This document shows positions 49,038 through 61,382 of a stretch of DNA of 64,000 nucleotides, piece by piece. The notes under the pieces are model-generated. The model worked only from the letters and a program-made list of their open reading frames with translations. It was not told the DNA's origin and did not search any database. Within the stretch, counting starts at the first letter, position 1. Every line of letters starts with the position of its first letter. Source of the DNA: an uncultured candidate division Zixibacteria bacterium (GTDB lineage: Bacteria; Zixibacteria; MSB-5A5; GN15; PGXB01); assembly GCA_963702205.1 (NCBI GenBank), contig OY969724.1, positions 2,624,001-2,688,000 on the forward strand, in the 5' to 3' direction. The translations under genes were made by a program, and so were the position numbers.

Positions 49038-52000
49038 TTGAAAGCCATTCGCTATCTGCGTTTTGTTGCAATAATGTTCATTCTCTTATGGGCGCTTGCC
49101 GCCGGGGTTGAAGCCATAAGTGGCAATATAAGCCCATTTGGTGAAGGTGAAAATCGCAGCACGCCTCAACTTTCGCTTTCGGCTAATCAAGGCGATGTTC
49201 ACTGGCCCCAAGCCGTGGGATTTCATTCCATTGGCGGGGTCGAGATGACGGTAACCAGCCTCGGGAATTTCGGCGGCGTCAATATGTCGATTTTAAGTGA
49301 TCCGGAAACCGGCCGGACATTGAAAGCCTTCACATTCCCCAAGGGCAGCAGGCATTCCTATCTTTGGGGGGCGGGGCTCTGGATCGGTGGTATCATAAAC
49401 GGTGATACCCTTGTCTCCCTGGGTATCTCGGATTCATATTACGGCACTGGCCATTACCTGCCGGTCGACAGCGGTGGATCGGTTACTTTGATCGGGGGGC
49501 TTGGAGACAAGCAGTTTCGGGCCGAATATGATGACAATTTCCCGTCACCGGCCTGGCAGGAGCCGGATTTCCGCAAACTGCGAAGCATCCATGTCGCAGA
49601 AACCAGTCGAAGCTGGACCTACCCCCCTAACGATAACTTCATAATAGTGGAACTCATCATTACCAATATTGGCGAGTCTCCGATTGCCGATGCATTTGTG
49701 GGGCTGTACGTTGACGGAGACGTGGCCGACCGTACCAATGCTCTCGGATATTCTGATGACATGGCCGGGTTCATTCGCAATGAGGGTATAGCGTATATTA
49801 TGGACAACGACGGCGATCCCGGAAACAACCAAACCTGGGTCGACAGCAGTATCCTCGGCGCCATCGGCATCGGCCTGGTTTATTCCGACCCGCCCGCCGT
49901 CGACACCTCGTTCAATTGGTGGAATCGCATTGCACCTAATTATGGTCCCCAGTATCTCGGGCACCCTCCGCAAAATCCTCATTATATGGCCGACAGCGGT
50001 CTGGGCAATCCGATAAATGCCAACGACAGGTATTATCTGCTGTCCAACGGTGAAATCGACTACGATCAAATGTACGCGGCCGTCATGAACGCCGATTCCG
50101 GCTGGCTGCCGGCAGGAACCAACGGCCCGGCTATGGCCATGGGGTTTGACACCAGATTCGTAATCGGATACGGCCCGTACCAGCTCGCGCCGGGCGATTC
50201 GGTCCATATTGTTCTGGCCTTTACGGCCGGACGCAATATCCATCAAAACCCTCGTGATTACCGCGATTTTTTCGATGACCAGAATCCTGGTGCATATTAC
50301 AGCAAACTTGATTTCGGCGACCTGATCGACAATATCCAAGCGGCTCGGCTGCTATATGAGTCTGATTACGCCCTGGCGTTGCGACCCGGTGAGATTCAGG
50401 GAGTGCATGTTACCGACGCCGGACAGACGTCGGCCAGAATCTCATGGCTGCCCAGGAATCATGCCGATATTGAAGGATACAATGTCTATATCAAGCCGGT
50501 GCCTGACAGCCAGGTCATTTTCAAAGATACCGTTTATCGATTCGATCTGGATACGGTCGACATGGTGTTGGCCAATCCCGACGGCCCCATAACGGATACC
50601 TCCTATGCCGTCGACGGACTGGTCGACGGTCAGACTTATTTTGTGTCCGTGACCGCCGTCAATTTCTTCTCGGAATCGCCCCGGTCATTCCCGCGTTATT
50701 TCACTCTCGGTACCCCCGATGCTCCGGCGACTCAACCCGACCCGACCTATATCGGCAACGTCGGTCAGGTTGCCATACACTGGACTCCGCCGGCTCAAAG
50801 CGACATCGATCATTACAATATTTATCGCTATGTGGGGGCTTATGACTATTCTCTGAGATATACCCCGCGAATTACCACCCGCCCCATCGACGGACGCCAG
50901 TACCGACAGCCTGCGCGTAATCATCAACGGGAATGACACTTCATTATTTTATTTCTACGACGTGGTCCCGTATGCGCAGGTTCCGGCTCCGGATACGGTT
51001 TTTACGGACCCGATTACCGACGCCGAACTGTACTATCTGGTGACGGCCGTCGACGGAGCCGGGCAGGCATCGGACACGTCGAGGTCGATTCCGATTTATG
51101 CCACCAGCCACATGCCCAACGATATTTTGATCTTCCTCGAAAACACCGGGGAGGACCGGAATTTCGAATCGGTCGACACGATCATGCACTATTACGACGA
51201 CGTTCTGTCCGATTATGCCGTGGATTATTTTATAATGGCGGATTCCGCGCAGGGGTACGTTTGCGACGACGACGGATGTCACGACGTCTGTCTCAATAAA
51301 GAGTGCTTTTCCTGGGCGGCTTTGGCCCCGTACAGGTACGTCATATTAGACGAAAATTTTCTAAAACCCATTATCAATCGGTATGACTTCATAGTACCGT
51401 TTAATAAAATATTGCGGGACTACATACGCTCCGGCGGCACGGTAATCTACTTCGGTAATTTCATAAATACGGTCGTTCCATACGGTCTGGATACTCTGAC
51501 CCGGCATTTTAATCCGGGATCGAAAGAATACGACCTGTTCGGACTCGATTCGGTTTTTATCAATGGCGTTGGTTTGCATTTCTATGGTTTGATCGGCGAT
51601 GGGGTCGATACGATCGGCGGTTTTATCGGTGCGACTTCGCTCGTGGCGGCCTTCGATCAACTACAGGTCGACACGACCTACGACTGGTGGAACTACGCCG
51701 CCAAGCAGGATACTTTCTGGCCCTACGCCACGCCGCCGCAAACGGCTATAATGTACCCCCGCGATGGAGCTGAAATTATATACATTTACGGCGCGGTCTC
51801 GCCGCAGACTTCGCTGTTCGAGGGACTTCCGTGCGGAATCAGATTCAATGCGTACGGTCGCGGCATTTATACGTTCGGGTTTCATCCGTGGTACCTGCCC
51901 CGCTCCCAGAGCGCCGCGCTGTTTGCGGCCATAATGGACGATCAGCCCACCGGTGTCGATGGCCCACCGAAGGTAATTCCCGACCGTTTTGCGTTGCACC

Positions 52001-52260
52001 AGAATTATCCCAATCCCTTCAACCCGACCACGACTATCACTTATTCTTTACCGCGATCGGCCGACGTGCAGCTTGACATATACAATATACTCGGACGACG
52101 GGTCGTTCGGCTTGTCAATGAATTCCAAAAGGCGGGCGAACATACGATCCAATGGAACGGCCGCGACCGTCGAGGCAATGAAGCGGCCTCGGGCATTTAT
52201 TTTTATCGCATAAGCGCCGATGATCGGGTGCAGAGCAAAAAGATGCTGCTGTTAAAATAA
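49038..52260 (+). CDS. Secreted protein with fibronectin type III domains and FlgD-Ig/T9SS-like C-terminal domain, split by a +1 frameshift near 50904
   Basis: RBS AGGAGG then TTG 49038; YLWGAGLWIGG; FN3 (ISW...EGYNVY...GLVDGQTYFVSVTAVN); second frame continues DSLRVIINGND...YYLVTAVD...LHQNYPNPFNP...KKMLLLK. Confidence 0.8.
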
Positions 52261-52273
52261 TTTCTTAATTGTA

Positions 52274-52310
52274 CAGGGCCGCACAAAAAAAATGCGGTCC
52301 CTGATTTTCT
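52274..52310. terminator. Hairpin between convergent genes
   Basis: CAGGGCCGCA-loop-TGCGGTCCCTG followed by ATTTTCT. Confidence 0.55.
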
Positions 52311-52319
52311 GATTTTATC

Positions 52320-53135
52320 TTACTGCTCGCTACCGCCGAGAATTATCGGCAAACCATCCTTGGAATTCCCGATAACGACGATTTTCGTATTGGGCGATTC
52401 GGCAAGCTTTTCGGTTGCCTCTATACCCTTCCAGGTCAATAATGATTTGGTAACGCCGGATGCCACGATTTTCTGGAAGTCGGCGATACCCTGGGCCTCA
52501 ATCCTTTTTCGTTCGGCCTCCTGTTTTTCTTTTTGCAAAACGAATACCATTTTCTGGGCATCCTGGTCCGCCGACAGTTTGGCGTTGATGGCGTCAGAGA
52601 TTTTTGATGGGAGATTTATATCCCGGATTATGATATTTTCGCAAATAATAAATTTCTTCGATAACAGATCCTGCATGGCTGTCAATACTTCGTCATTGAT
52701 AACTTCCCGTTTGGTAGAATATATTTCTTCAGGTTTGAACTTCCCAACCACTGTTCGCGCCACTCCTCTCAAAGCCGGAGCGACAGCAATGTTGAAATAA
52801 TTCGGGCCCAGCGTTATCTGCAAAGAATCGAGCTTGGCTGGATCCGGTCGATACCAAACTGATACATCCAGTCCGATCGTGGCTCCGTCGGAAGAAAGGA
52901 CGACGAGATTTTCCTTCCCCTCCTCGAGCTGAATCTTATAGACGAACATGGAATTCCACGGCATATGCCAGTTGAAACCCTCGGGGTAGATCTTACCCAT
53001 TTGGGTGCCGTCTCCAAATTTCGAATAAAAGACCCCGCGATAACCCGACGGTATCTGAGTCCCGCACCCGACCAGCCCGGAGGCGATCACAACCAATAAA
53101 AATGCCAACAGGAATTTGCGATGATTCGCGGACAT
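52320..53135 (-). CDS. Prohibitin/SPFH (band 7) family protein, probable lipoprotein
   Basis: LVGC lipobox; EGFNWHMPW; EEIYSTKR; EKQEAERKRIEAQG; KGIEATEKLAESPNTK. Confidence 0.92.
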   Translation of the reverse strand: MSANHRKFLLAFLLVVIASGLVGCGTQIPSGYRGVFYSKFGDGTQMGKIYPEGFNWHMPWNSMFVYKIQLEEGKENLVVLSSDGATIGLDVSVWYRPDPAKLDSLQITLGPNYFNIAVAPALRGVARTVVGKFKPEEIYSTKREVINDEVLTAMQDLLSKKFIICENIIIRDINLPSKISDAINAKLSADQDAQKMVFVLQKEKQEAERKRIEAQGIADFQKIVASGVTKSLLTWKGIEATEKLAESPNTKIVVIGNSKDGLPIILGGSEQ

Positions 53136-53229
53136 AACTCCTCCTTGTCTAAGATTAAATTAACTTCCGTTTTAATAGAAGTATGTTATGACCGGATTAC
53201 TTCGAATTCAAGAAGAAAATTCAAACAAT

Positions 53230-54102
53230 TTATTTGGCTTTATAAAAGGCAACGTAACCATACGAGTAAATTTTCGTCGTATCCACGATTAACGGGTCCT
53301 CGCTTGTGGTATCGACGTCATAATCAACCGGCGTTTCGATAAAAATGAGGCGATTGAAGGGATCCGCCGTATTGCCGATTCTCCAGCCGGTTTTATATCG
53401 TCCGGCGGAAGATTTCGTTCTCAAACCGCGTAGCGTGGATGAATCTATTCGGACAAAAATAACGTCGTCATCATTGCTGGCATACGTCAGGCTGTCCCCT
53501 ATATCATATATTCCCAGAGTATCATAAAGCAGATATTCTCGATTCATACCTTGACCATCAAGCGATGTTTGATAGTGACCGTCATTTAATGTCCTGGCTG
53601 CGCCGAAATTATTGCCGGGGCTGTTAAATCCCCAGAATCTCCATCCATGATACTGATAACCGTCGTTGAATATTTTAATAAAAAACGCTTTTCGCGTGAC
53701 GATAGACTGATAATCATAAGCATGGGTCGTTTCTCCGCCGATATCAATTCGCATTATTTGTCCGAAATACGCATTTTTTATTTCGGCCCAGGCTGTATGA
53801 ACACCGGAATACGGAGGGACTTCGTGCGTACCACTGTCAATTGTTATGTCTGTACGCGAAATGACGGAATCGAATGCGTAATAATATTTATTCGATGAAC
53901 CGTCGCGTTCAAACGGCTTATCGGTATACAGGTCTGTCGTGAACAATTCGCTTCCTTCACCGGGATCACTCAGAAAAAGCTTAATTTGGTCGTAATATGA
54001 TGAGTTATAAACCGTCGGATTAGAGCATGAATTCGCCAAAACAAATACTGCGATTAATGCCGAAAATAAAATAACATACATTTTATGCTTATTCATTAAC
54101 AT
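53230..54102 (-). CDS. Hypothetical lipoprotein
   Basis: MNKHK...VFVLANSC lipobox-like; ATG overlaps the uvrB TGA; no recognisable family. Confidence 0.7.
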   Translation of the reverse strand: MLMNKHKMYVILFSALIAVFVLANSCSNPTVYNSSYYDQIKLFLSDPGEGSELFTTDLYTDKPFERDGSSNKYYYAFDSVISRTDITIDSGTHEVPPYSGVHTAWAEIKNAYFGQIMRIDIGGETTHAYDYQSIVTRKAFFIKIFNDGYQYHGWRFWGFNSPGNNFGAARTLNDGHYQTSLDGQGMNREYLLYDTLGIYDIGDSLTYASNDDDVIFVRIDSSTLRGLRTKSSAGRYKTGWRIGNTADPFNRLIFIETPVDYDVDTTSEDPLIVDTTKIYSYGYVAFYKAK

Positions 54103-56114
54103 CACCTTTTGCGCCTGTTTTTCAAATCGGATTTGATCTTTTTTATTTCATCGCGTATCGCGGCCGCCGTTTCGAATTCGAGGTTGCGCGCGGCCTTGTT
54201 CATCGCTTTCATCAAAAATGCAATCTGGTCTTCGGCCGTCATGTGCACGAAATGATCCGGTTTATCGAATTCCTCGGTTTCCGGCGTTTTGGAATCGGCG
54301 AATCTTGTCGCCTGAAGAATCTCGTCCCGCGTTTTAAAAATCGTCTCCGGATCAATATTGTGTTCTTTATTATAGGCCATCTGCCGGGTGCGGCGGCGTT
54401 CAGTTTCGTCGATAGCTTTCTTCATCGAATCGGTAATTTTGTCGGCATAAAAAATCACCTGTCCGTTCTTATTGCGGGCAGCCCGTCCGGCCGTCTGTAT
54501 CAACGATCTCTCCGATCTCAAAAATCCTTCTTTGTCCGCATCCAATATAGCTACGAGAGACACTTCCGGCAAATCTAATCCTTCGCGCAACAAGTTTATT
54601 CCAACCAGGACGTCGAATTCGGCCAGCCTTAAATCTCGAATGATTTCGGTCCGGTCAATGGCGTCGATTTCGCTGTGAAGGTAGCGAACCCGGATATTTA
54701 TTTTACTCAGGTAGTTGGCCAGGTCCTCGGACATACGCTTAGTAAGGGTTGTGACGAGGATACGTTCCTTTTTTTCGACCCGTTGACGGATTTCGTCTAT
54801 TAAATCGTCGACCTGAGTCGCCAGCGGCCGGATAGATATTTCAGGGTCGCACAGGCCGGTCGGACGAATGACCTGCTCGACAATCACCCCGCCGGATTTT
54901 TCCAGTTCAAAATCGGCCGGAGTGGCCGAGACATAAATCGTCTTTTGAGTCAGGCTTTGGAATTCATCGAAAAATAAAGGCCGGTTGTCCAGCGCCGACG
55001 GCAACCGGAAACCGTGTTCCACCAAAACCTCTTTGCGGGAACGATCGCCGGCGAACATGCCGCGTATCTGGGGCACCGTTTGGTGCGATTCGTCGATTAT
55101 GGTGACAAAATCATCGGGGAAAAAGTCGATCAAAGTGTACGGCCTCTCACCCGGCTTGCGTCCGGTCAAATGCCGTGAATAATTCTCGACACCGCTGCAA
55201 TACCCTATCTCCTGCATCATTTCGAGGTCATAATTAGTCCGCGATTCGAGCCTTTGGGCTTCCAGCAATTTTCCCGCCGCACGGAAATTCGCCAGCCTCT
55301 CTTCCAGTTCGGCTCTGACGGTAATCACCGCTTGTTCCATCTGCGGACGACTCGTAATGAAGTGCTTGGCCGGATAAATGGCTATCTTATTACGCTCGGA
55401 GATAATTTCACCGGTCAAAGGTTGAAATTCCGTCAGACGTTCGATGGTATCCCCGAACAGCTCAATCCGTATAGCTGTCTCCTGATAGGCCGGAATTAAT
55501 TCGATGACATCGCCGCGGACGCGGAAATTCCCGCGCGAAAAATCTATATCGTTACGATTGTAATGAATGGCTATCAGGGCTCTGATTATGCGGTCCCGCT
55601 CGAATTCCTGACCCAGCTCCATGAACAACAATTGATCGGCGTATTCCTTGGGCGAACCCAGGCTGTAAATACAGGAAACCGAAGATACAATTATAACATC
55701 GTCGCGCTCCAAAAGCGAGGCCGTCGCCCGCAGGCGGAGACGGTCGATGTCTTCGTTCATTGAAGTGTCTTTTTCTATGTAAGTATCCGTAGTCGGGAGA
55801 TAAGCTTCAGGTTGGTAATAGTCATAATAACTGATAAAAAACTCGACGGCGTTTTGAGGGAAAAACGATTTCAACTCGCCGTAAAGCTGGGCCGCCAGCG
55901 TCTTATTGTGAGAAATGACCAGCGTCGGACGACCGTAGCGAGCAATGACATTGGCAATGGCGAAGGTCTTCCCCGATCCGGTCACACCCAGCAGAGTCTG
56001 ATGTTTGTCACCCCGGTTCAGCCCCGCCACAAGCTGGTCGATCGCTGCCGGTTGATCGCCGCGCGGCTTATACGATGATACCAGCTGGAATGCCGTTTTA
56101 TCCTCACGGCTCAA
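54102..56114 (-). CDS. uvrB: Excinuclease ABC subunit B
   Basis: [49 protein letters not shown] domain. Start approximate (TTG 56114). Confidence 0.99.
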   Translation of the reverse strand: MSREDKTAFQLVSSYKPRGDQPAAIDQLVAGLNRGDKHQTLLGVTGSGKTFAIANVIARYGRPTLVISHNKTLAAQLYGELKSFFPQNAVEFFISYYDYYQPEAYLPTTDTYIEKDTSMNEDIDRLRLRATASLLERDDVIIVSSVSCIYSLGSPKEYADQLLFMELGQEFERDRIIRALIAIHYNRNDIDFSRGNFRVRGDVIELIPAYQETAIRIELFGDTIERLTEFQPLTGEIISERNKIAIYPAKHFITSRPQMEQAVITVRAELEERLANFRAAGKLLEAQRLESRTNYDLEMMQEIGYCSGVENYSRHLTGRKPGERPYTLIDFFPDDFVTIIDESHQTVPQIRGMFAGDRSRKEVLVEHGFRLPSALDNRPLFFDEFQSLTQKTIYVSATPADFELEKSGGVIVEQVIRPTGLCDPEISIRPLATQVDDLIDEIRQRVEKKERILVTTLTKRMSEDLANYLSKINIRVRYLHSEIDAIDRTEIIRDLRLAEFDVLVGINLLREGLDLPEVSLVAILDADKEGFLRSERSLIQTAGRAARNKNGQVIFYADKITDSMKKAIDETERRRTRQMAYNKEHNIDPETIFKTRDEILQATRFADSKTPETEEFDKPDHFVHMTAEDQIAFLMKAMNKAARNLEFETAAAIRDEIKKIKSDLKNRRKR

Positions 56115-56329
56115 GGCCGTCCCTCTTTCCTGTCTTATTTGGGTCTTTGGTTTGTTCACGCAAGTTCTCAATATATATCAAAGCCCCTCCATTTCAATCA
56201 CTTTATAAAACAATCGAACCTCTCACCCGGTTCAAACATATAATTAAGTGACGAAGAAGCCAATTATTCGTTTAAAATGCAGACTGATGGGAGACACAAA
56301 AGCATTCATGAAAGTACGACACTTTTAGC

Positions 56330-56363
56330 TTGACTAACGCCGTAAAATGGTTAAGTTTACGGC
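56330..56363 (+). promoter_or_regulatory. Candidate promoter for rplU-bamA with inverted repeat
   Basis: TTGACT-N16-TAAGTT; GCCGTAAA-N9-TTTACGGC flanks the -10. Confidence 0.4.
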
Positions 56364-56405
56364 TTTACTGTCAGGTTATGGATAACAAGATTTGGAGGAC
56401 ATAGA

Positions 56406-56726
56406 ATGTATGCAGTCTTTGAAGCCGGGGGGCTCCAGTTCAACGCCATAGAAGGTGCCACTGTGAAAGTCCCGTTCATCTCTGCCGATCCGGGCGCGAC
56501 CGTTTCCCTCGACCGGGTGTTGCTCATTAAAGACGGTGAAAACGCCCTGGCCGGTTTTCCCTATCTCGATTCGGCCAAAATCGAGGCCGAAGTCATTGCA
56601 CAGGGTTTGGCCGAAAAAGTAACCGTCTACAAATTTCGTCGGCGGACCAAATATCGCCGCACCCGGGGGCATCGTCAAAAATACACGGAACTCAAAATCA
56701 AGAAGATAGTATCGCCGGAAAATTGA
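56406..56726 (+). CDS. rplU: 50S ribosomal protein L21
   Basis: MYAVFEAGGLQF...KFRRRTKYRRTRGHRQKYT; RBS GGAGG. Confidence 0.97.
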   Translation: MYAVFEAGGLQFNAIEGATVKVPFISADPGATVSLDRVLLIKDGENALAGFPYLDSAKIEAEVIAQGLAEKVTVYKFRRRTKYRRTRGHRQKYTELKIKKIVSPEN

Positions 56727-59234
56727 ATCAGTTGTATTTACGTATAAAAATCGCCGGACCGGAATTGCAAATATTCCGGTCTTTTATCTTGATTGCCGTT
56801 TTGGTCGCTCTTCTTGGCCCCGGCGTTTCGGCTCAGACATATAATATTGTCGATATTCAGATAGAAGGCAATCATGCCGCCACGTCCGATATGCTCCAAT
56901 CCGTCATCAACCTGAAACCGGGTGATGAATTAAAGCCGAATGTCATTCCGGCGGCTGTACGTTGTTTGTACACCCTGGGATTTTTCAAAGACGTCCAAGT
57001 GGACGCCGAGGAAGTCCCCGGCGGTGTCAAGGTCATATTCAAAGTGGTCGAGCTGCCCCGATTGCAGAACCTCGAATTTAAAGGCAACGATAAAGTCGGC
57101 ACGGACGATCTTAAGGAAAAACTCGATCTATCGGTCGGGCGGTATTTGTCACCAAATCTGATTTTTGAAAATCGAAACAAAATTTTAGATTTGTACGGCG
57201 AAAAAGGATATTTCCTCGCCAAAGTCGATTATGAACTGGACTATAACGATGATTCCACGTCGGCCACGCTGGTATACAAAATACACGAGGGCTCGAAGGT
57301 TAAAGTAGAGAAGGTAGTTCTCACCGGTGCCGTCATAACTCCCGCTAATAAGATTATAGGCAAGATGCGCAACCGCAAACGGGGCTTTTTGAAATCCTCT
57401 AACTTCGATAAAGAAAAGTACCCGGAAGACCTCGACAAAGTAATCGCTTATCTGCATGATAACGGGTTTGTCGATGCCTATCTGAAATCCGATTCCCTGA
57501 CCATCGATTCGACCCGCAACCGCATGACCATATATCTCGACGTTTACGAGGGCCCGCGATATTACTTCGGGGAAACACACTGGGCCGGGAACGATCTCAT
57601 ATCATCGGATATATTGAATGAAATCGTAAAGTACAATGAAGGCGATATCTTTGACCGCGACAAATTCGACAAATCGACCATGGAAGTGTATTTCGCTTAT
57701 CAGGAAAAGGGTTACCTGCACACAAGAGTCAACGATGATTTCAAAACGCGCGACAGTATCATCGACATAAATTACGACATCGTCGAGGGCCTTCCCTCGA
57801 AGGTCAATCTGGTCAATATCATCGGCAACACGAAGACCAGGGATTTTGTCATCCGCCGCGAGATGCCGACCCGCCCCGGGCAGGTTTTTCACCGGTCCTA
57901 CCTGCTCCGTTCGGTCCGCGAAGTTATGGCCCTCAATTATTTCGAGGATGTCACCCCCGACTTTATCGACCTGCCCAACGGCGATATCGATGTCATCATG
58001 AAGGTCAAGGAAAAGCAAACCGGCTCTATTTCCGCCGGGGCCGGATACAACGGACGCGATAAATTTGTCGGGACATTCGGAATGGGGATTCCCAATTTCA
58101 GGGGCATGGGTCAGACTTTGAATTTCAATATCGATGCCGGGGCGTCGACCAATTGGTACTCGATATCGTTTACCGAGCCGTGGTTGTTCGGACGACCGAC
58201 GTCGCTTGGCACCGATCTTTATCTCTCCAATCGCGATTATTTCACCGACTATACCGAGGGCCGCCGGGGCGCTGCGGTTCAGGTCGGACGGCGTTTGCGC
58301 TGGCCGGACAATTATACTCGCGCCTACGTGCAATACCGACTTGAGGACGATCGGTTTTATAATTTCAGCGATGGCTACCGATACGCCAATTCACATTTGA
58401 CGAGGCTGATGTATGATACCCTGGAAGTGGACGAGTTAGGCAACCCGACCGGCAATATCATATATGACGCCGACACGACATTTATAACGGGTGACCCTTA
58501 TCCCGGCTCTCTTCTCGAATTCAACGAAAGATGGAAAACGTCTTCGAGTTTGCAATTTACTTTTACTCGGGACAGCCGGGACTTACCCGAATTCGCAACG
58601 TCGGGCTCGAAAATTTCATATTCTTTTGAGGACGTCGGTGGAATACTGGGGGGATATTGGGAGTATCAAAAACATACTTTAGCCTTAGCCAAATTCATTC
58701 CCGTATGGGGTGATATCGCTTTGGCCGGAAAACTGACTTTAGGCGCCATCAATGCACCGTCCGGCGACCACCGCATTTTGGAATTCGACAGGTTTTCCCC
58801 CGGCGGCACCGATTATGACGGCGTCATTCGCGGTTATGAAAGCGGATCACTAACGCCGGACACCATACAGACTATCGTCGTAAATGAATTGCATTATAAT
58901 CCCGATTCGACGGGCAGGTTTGAAGATCAATATATAACGACATCCCGAGCGCGCGTACGGGGCAAGTTACATGCTGGTCGGAAATCTGGAATTGCAAATT
59001 CCGTTGATAAAAAACCAGCTCTACGGTTTACTATTTTCAGACGCCGGGAATTCATTCTTGAAATTATCAGACTACAAGCCGAACCGGGTTTATCGCAGCT
59101 ATGGTTTCGGATTTCGGCTGGTCGTGCCCGGTATTGGCACGCTCGGATTCGATTTTGGCTATCCCCTCGATCACCGCGAAGGACAGGATAAAGGCTGGAA
59201 ACCTCATTTCCAGATTGGCACAACCATTAGATAA
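56723..59234 (+). CDS. bamA: Outer membrane protein assembly factor BamA, interrupted by a +1 frameshift near 58967
   Basis: POTRA repeats, GNTKTRDFVIRRE, FTEPWLF, IRGY; second frame MLVGNLELQIP...DAGN...GFGFR...PGIGTLGFDFGY...HFQIG; followed by skp and lpxD. Confidence 0.93.
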
Positions 59235-59279
59235 TTTTATATTGTTAACGGTATGAATTCAATAAAAGGAGTCAGAATC

Positions 59280-59804
59280 ATGAAAGGAAAACATGGACTT
59301 TTGCTGGGGCTGGGAGCGTTGGCTTTGTTATTGGTTTTTGCCGCATCGGCCGGAGCTCAGGTAGGTAAATTCGGCTATGTCGACTCGGAAAAAATATTCA
59401 GCAGCTATAAAGAATGGCAAAAAGCCCAGGACGACTACAACGCCGAATACAAGGCCTGGGATGAACAGGGCCAGCAAATGCAGCAGGAGCTGGAAGACAT
59501 CACCAATGAATACGAAAAGCAAAAGCTGATCCTTTCCCCGGAAAAGAAAAAGGAACGCGAAGCGGCAATCGACGCCAAGAAGCAGGCGCTCGATGCTTTC
59601 ACCAAACAGGTCTTCGGTCCCAGCGGCAAGGCTGAGACGCGCAACGCCGAGCTGGTGCGACCACTGCTCGAAAAAATTAACAACGCCATCGAGCGGGTTG
59701 CGACCGAAAACAACTACGACTTCGTATTCAATTCCAGCGGTCTGGCGTATGCCCGCCAGGATTATGACATCACCGATAAAATCCTGGAAGCACTGGAAGA
59801 ATAG
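59280..59804 (+). CDS. skp: OmpH/Skp periplasmic chaperone
   Basis: Signal peptide, [10 protein letters not shown], coiled coil, YDFVF...DITDKIL; bamA-skp-lpxD order. Confidence 0.92.
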   Translation: MKGKHGLLLGLGALALLLVFAASAGAQVGKFGYVDSEKIFSSYKEWQKAQDDYNAEYKAWDEQGQQMQQELEDITNEYEKQKLILSPEKKKEREAAIDAKKQALDAFTKQVFGPSGKAETRNAELVRPLLEKINNAIERVATENNYDFVFNSSGLAYARQDYDITDKILEALEE

Positions 59805-59815
59805 CCGGGTGCTCT

Positions 59816-60766
59816 TTGGGTAAAACGCTCAAAGAACTGGCCGAACTGGTCGGTGGAAAACTCGAAGGTGATGGCGAAACGATTATTGAGGCCGCCGCGC
59901 CTATAGCGACGGCCCAGACGGGCGACATTACATTCGTCGCCAATAAAAAGTACGGAAAGTTTCTGGAGACGACCGCCGCATCGGCGGTTGTTTTATCTGA
60001 AGAAATCAAATCGACACGCTGCCCGATCATCCGGCATGAAAACCCGTACTATGCCTTCGCCCTGATTCTCGATGACCTCTACCCCGACCGGCCACCATCA
60101 CAAAATATCCACAGCTCAGCCGTAATCGAAACATCAGCAACCATTGGAGCCGGGACATCGATCGGTGCCCTTTGCTACATTGGCAACGATGCGTCTATCG
60201 GTACCGACTGCCGCATTTATCCCCGGGTCAGCATTCTCGACGGTTCCAAAATCGGCGACAATGTCATCCTCCACAGCGGCGTCGTTATCGGGGCCGATGG
60301 TTTCGGCTTTGCACCATACGAAAAGGGTCTGAAGAAAGTCAAACAGGTCGGCTGGGTGGAAATCGAATCCGACGTCGAGATCGGCGCCAATACAACCGTA
60401 GATCGCGGCGCTCTCGGACCGACCCGAATCGGGAGGGGGACAAAAATCGATAACTTGGTGCAGATAGCCCATAATGTCAATATCGGTCAGAATTGTATCA
60501 TCGTCTCTCAGGTCGGTATATCGGGCTCGACAAAATTGGGCACTGGTGTCATTCTGGCGGGACAGGTGGGATTAGTGGGGCATATCGAAATCGGCGACGG
60601 TGTTCAGGTCGGCGCTCAGTCGGGTGTTGCCAAGTCCGTTCCGAGCGGAAAAGTTTTCTTCGGTTCACCGGCGCGGGAGGCAATGACCGCCATGAAAATA
60701 GAAGCCTGCCTGAGCCGCCTGCCGGAACTTTTTAAACGGGTCAAAAAATTAGAGGAGCCTGAATAG
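59816..60766 (+). CDS. lpxD: UDP-3-O-(3-hydroxyacyl)glucosamine N-acyltransferase
   Basis: Hexapeptide repeats; [31 protein letters not shown]. Confidence 0.96.
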   Translation: MGKTLKELAELVGGKLEGDGETIIEAAAPIATAQTGDITFVANKKYGKFLETTAASAVVLSEEIKSTRCPIIRHENPYYAFALILDDLYPDRPPSQNIHSSAVIETSATIGAGTSIGALCYIGNDASIGTDCRIYPRVSILDGSKIGDNVILHSGVVIGADGFGFAPYEKGLKKVKQVGWVEIESDVEIGANTTVDRGALGPTRIGRGTKIDNLVQIAHNVNIGQNCIIVSQVGISGSTKLGTGVILAGQVGLVGHIEIGDGVQVGAQSGVAKSVPSGKVFFGSPAREAMTAMKIEACLSRLPELFKRVKKLEEPE

Positions 60767-60800
60767 CTCCTCCAATATCGATTTTTATTTTTCAGAGAAT

Positions 60801-61229
60801 TTAGAATGGAAGATCATCGTCTTCGGCGCCCAGGTCACCCGGAGGCGGCGCTTCCGGAGGGACATCGGGGCTCGAAGCACCTCCACCGCCCTGGTCTCCC
60901 CGGCTGCCGAGGAAATTCAATCTTTGTGCGATAATTTCTGTCGTGTATCGTTTGTTGCCGTCCTTGTCGTCCCAGCTTCGGGTCTGGATGCGGCCTTCAA
61001 TATAAACCTGACGGCCCTTGGACAGATACTCCTTGGCGATTTCGGCCTGGCGACCCCACACTACGATATTATGCCATTCCGTTTTGTCCTGCATGTTCCC
61101 GTCGCGGTCTTTCCATTTTTCCGACGTCGCCAGCGAAAATGACGCCACGGCCGTCCCGCTCGGCGTATAGCGCAGTTCCGGGTCCTTGCCGAGGTTTCCG
61201 ATCAGGATGACTTTATTGATGCCTGCCAT
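60801..61229 (-). CDS. ssb: Single-stranded DNA-binding protein
   Basis: [19 protein letters not shown]-terminal DDDLPF. Confidence 0.98.
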   Translation of the reverse strand: MAGINKVILIGNLGKDPELRYTPSGTAVASFSLATSEKWKDRDGNMQDKTEWHNIVVWGRQAEIAKEYLSKGRQVYIEGRIQTRSWDDKDGNKRYTTEIIAQRLNFLGSRGDQGGGGASSPDVPPEAPPPGDLGAEDDDLPF

Positions 61230-61268
61230 ATTTATTTCCTCATGTTAGGCTTTATTTTCCGATGGTCA

Positions 61269-61297
61269 AATATAAGCGGAGCCGCCGCGGCTGTCAA
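61269..61297 (-). promoter_or_regulatory. Candidate sigma70 promoter for ssb
   Basis: TTGACA-N17-TATATT; the -35 is one arm of CTGTCAAT-N6-ATTGACAG. Confidence 0.65.
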
Positions 61298-61382
61298 TCA
61301 TCTTATTGACAGTTATGGATTTTGCTTGCCTGCAGAAATTAAGTCGATATTTTGCCTTGAAACGACGGCGCTGGAGTATCTT

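Noticed and set aside
58971..59234. Separate 87-aa gene after bamA
   Set aside because: It is the frameshifted BamA C-terminus
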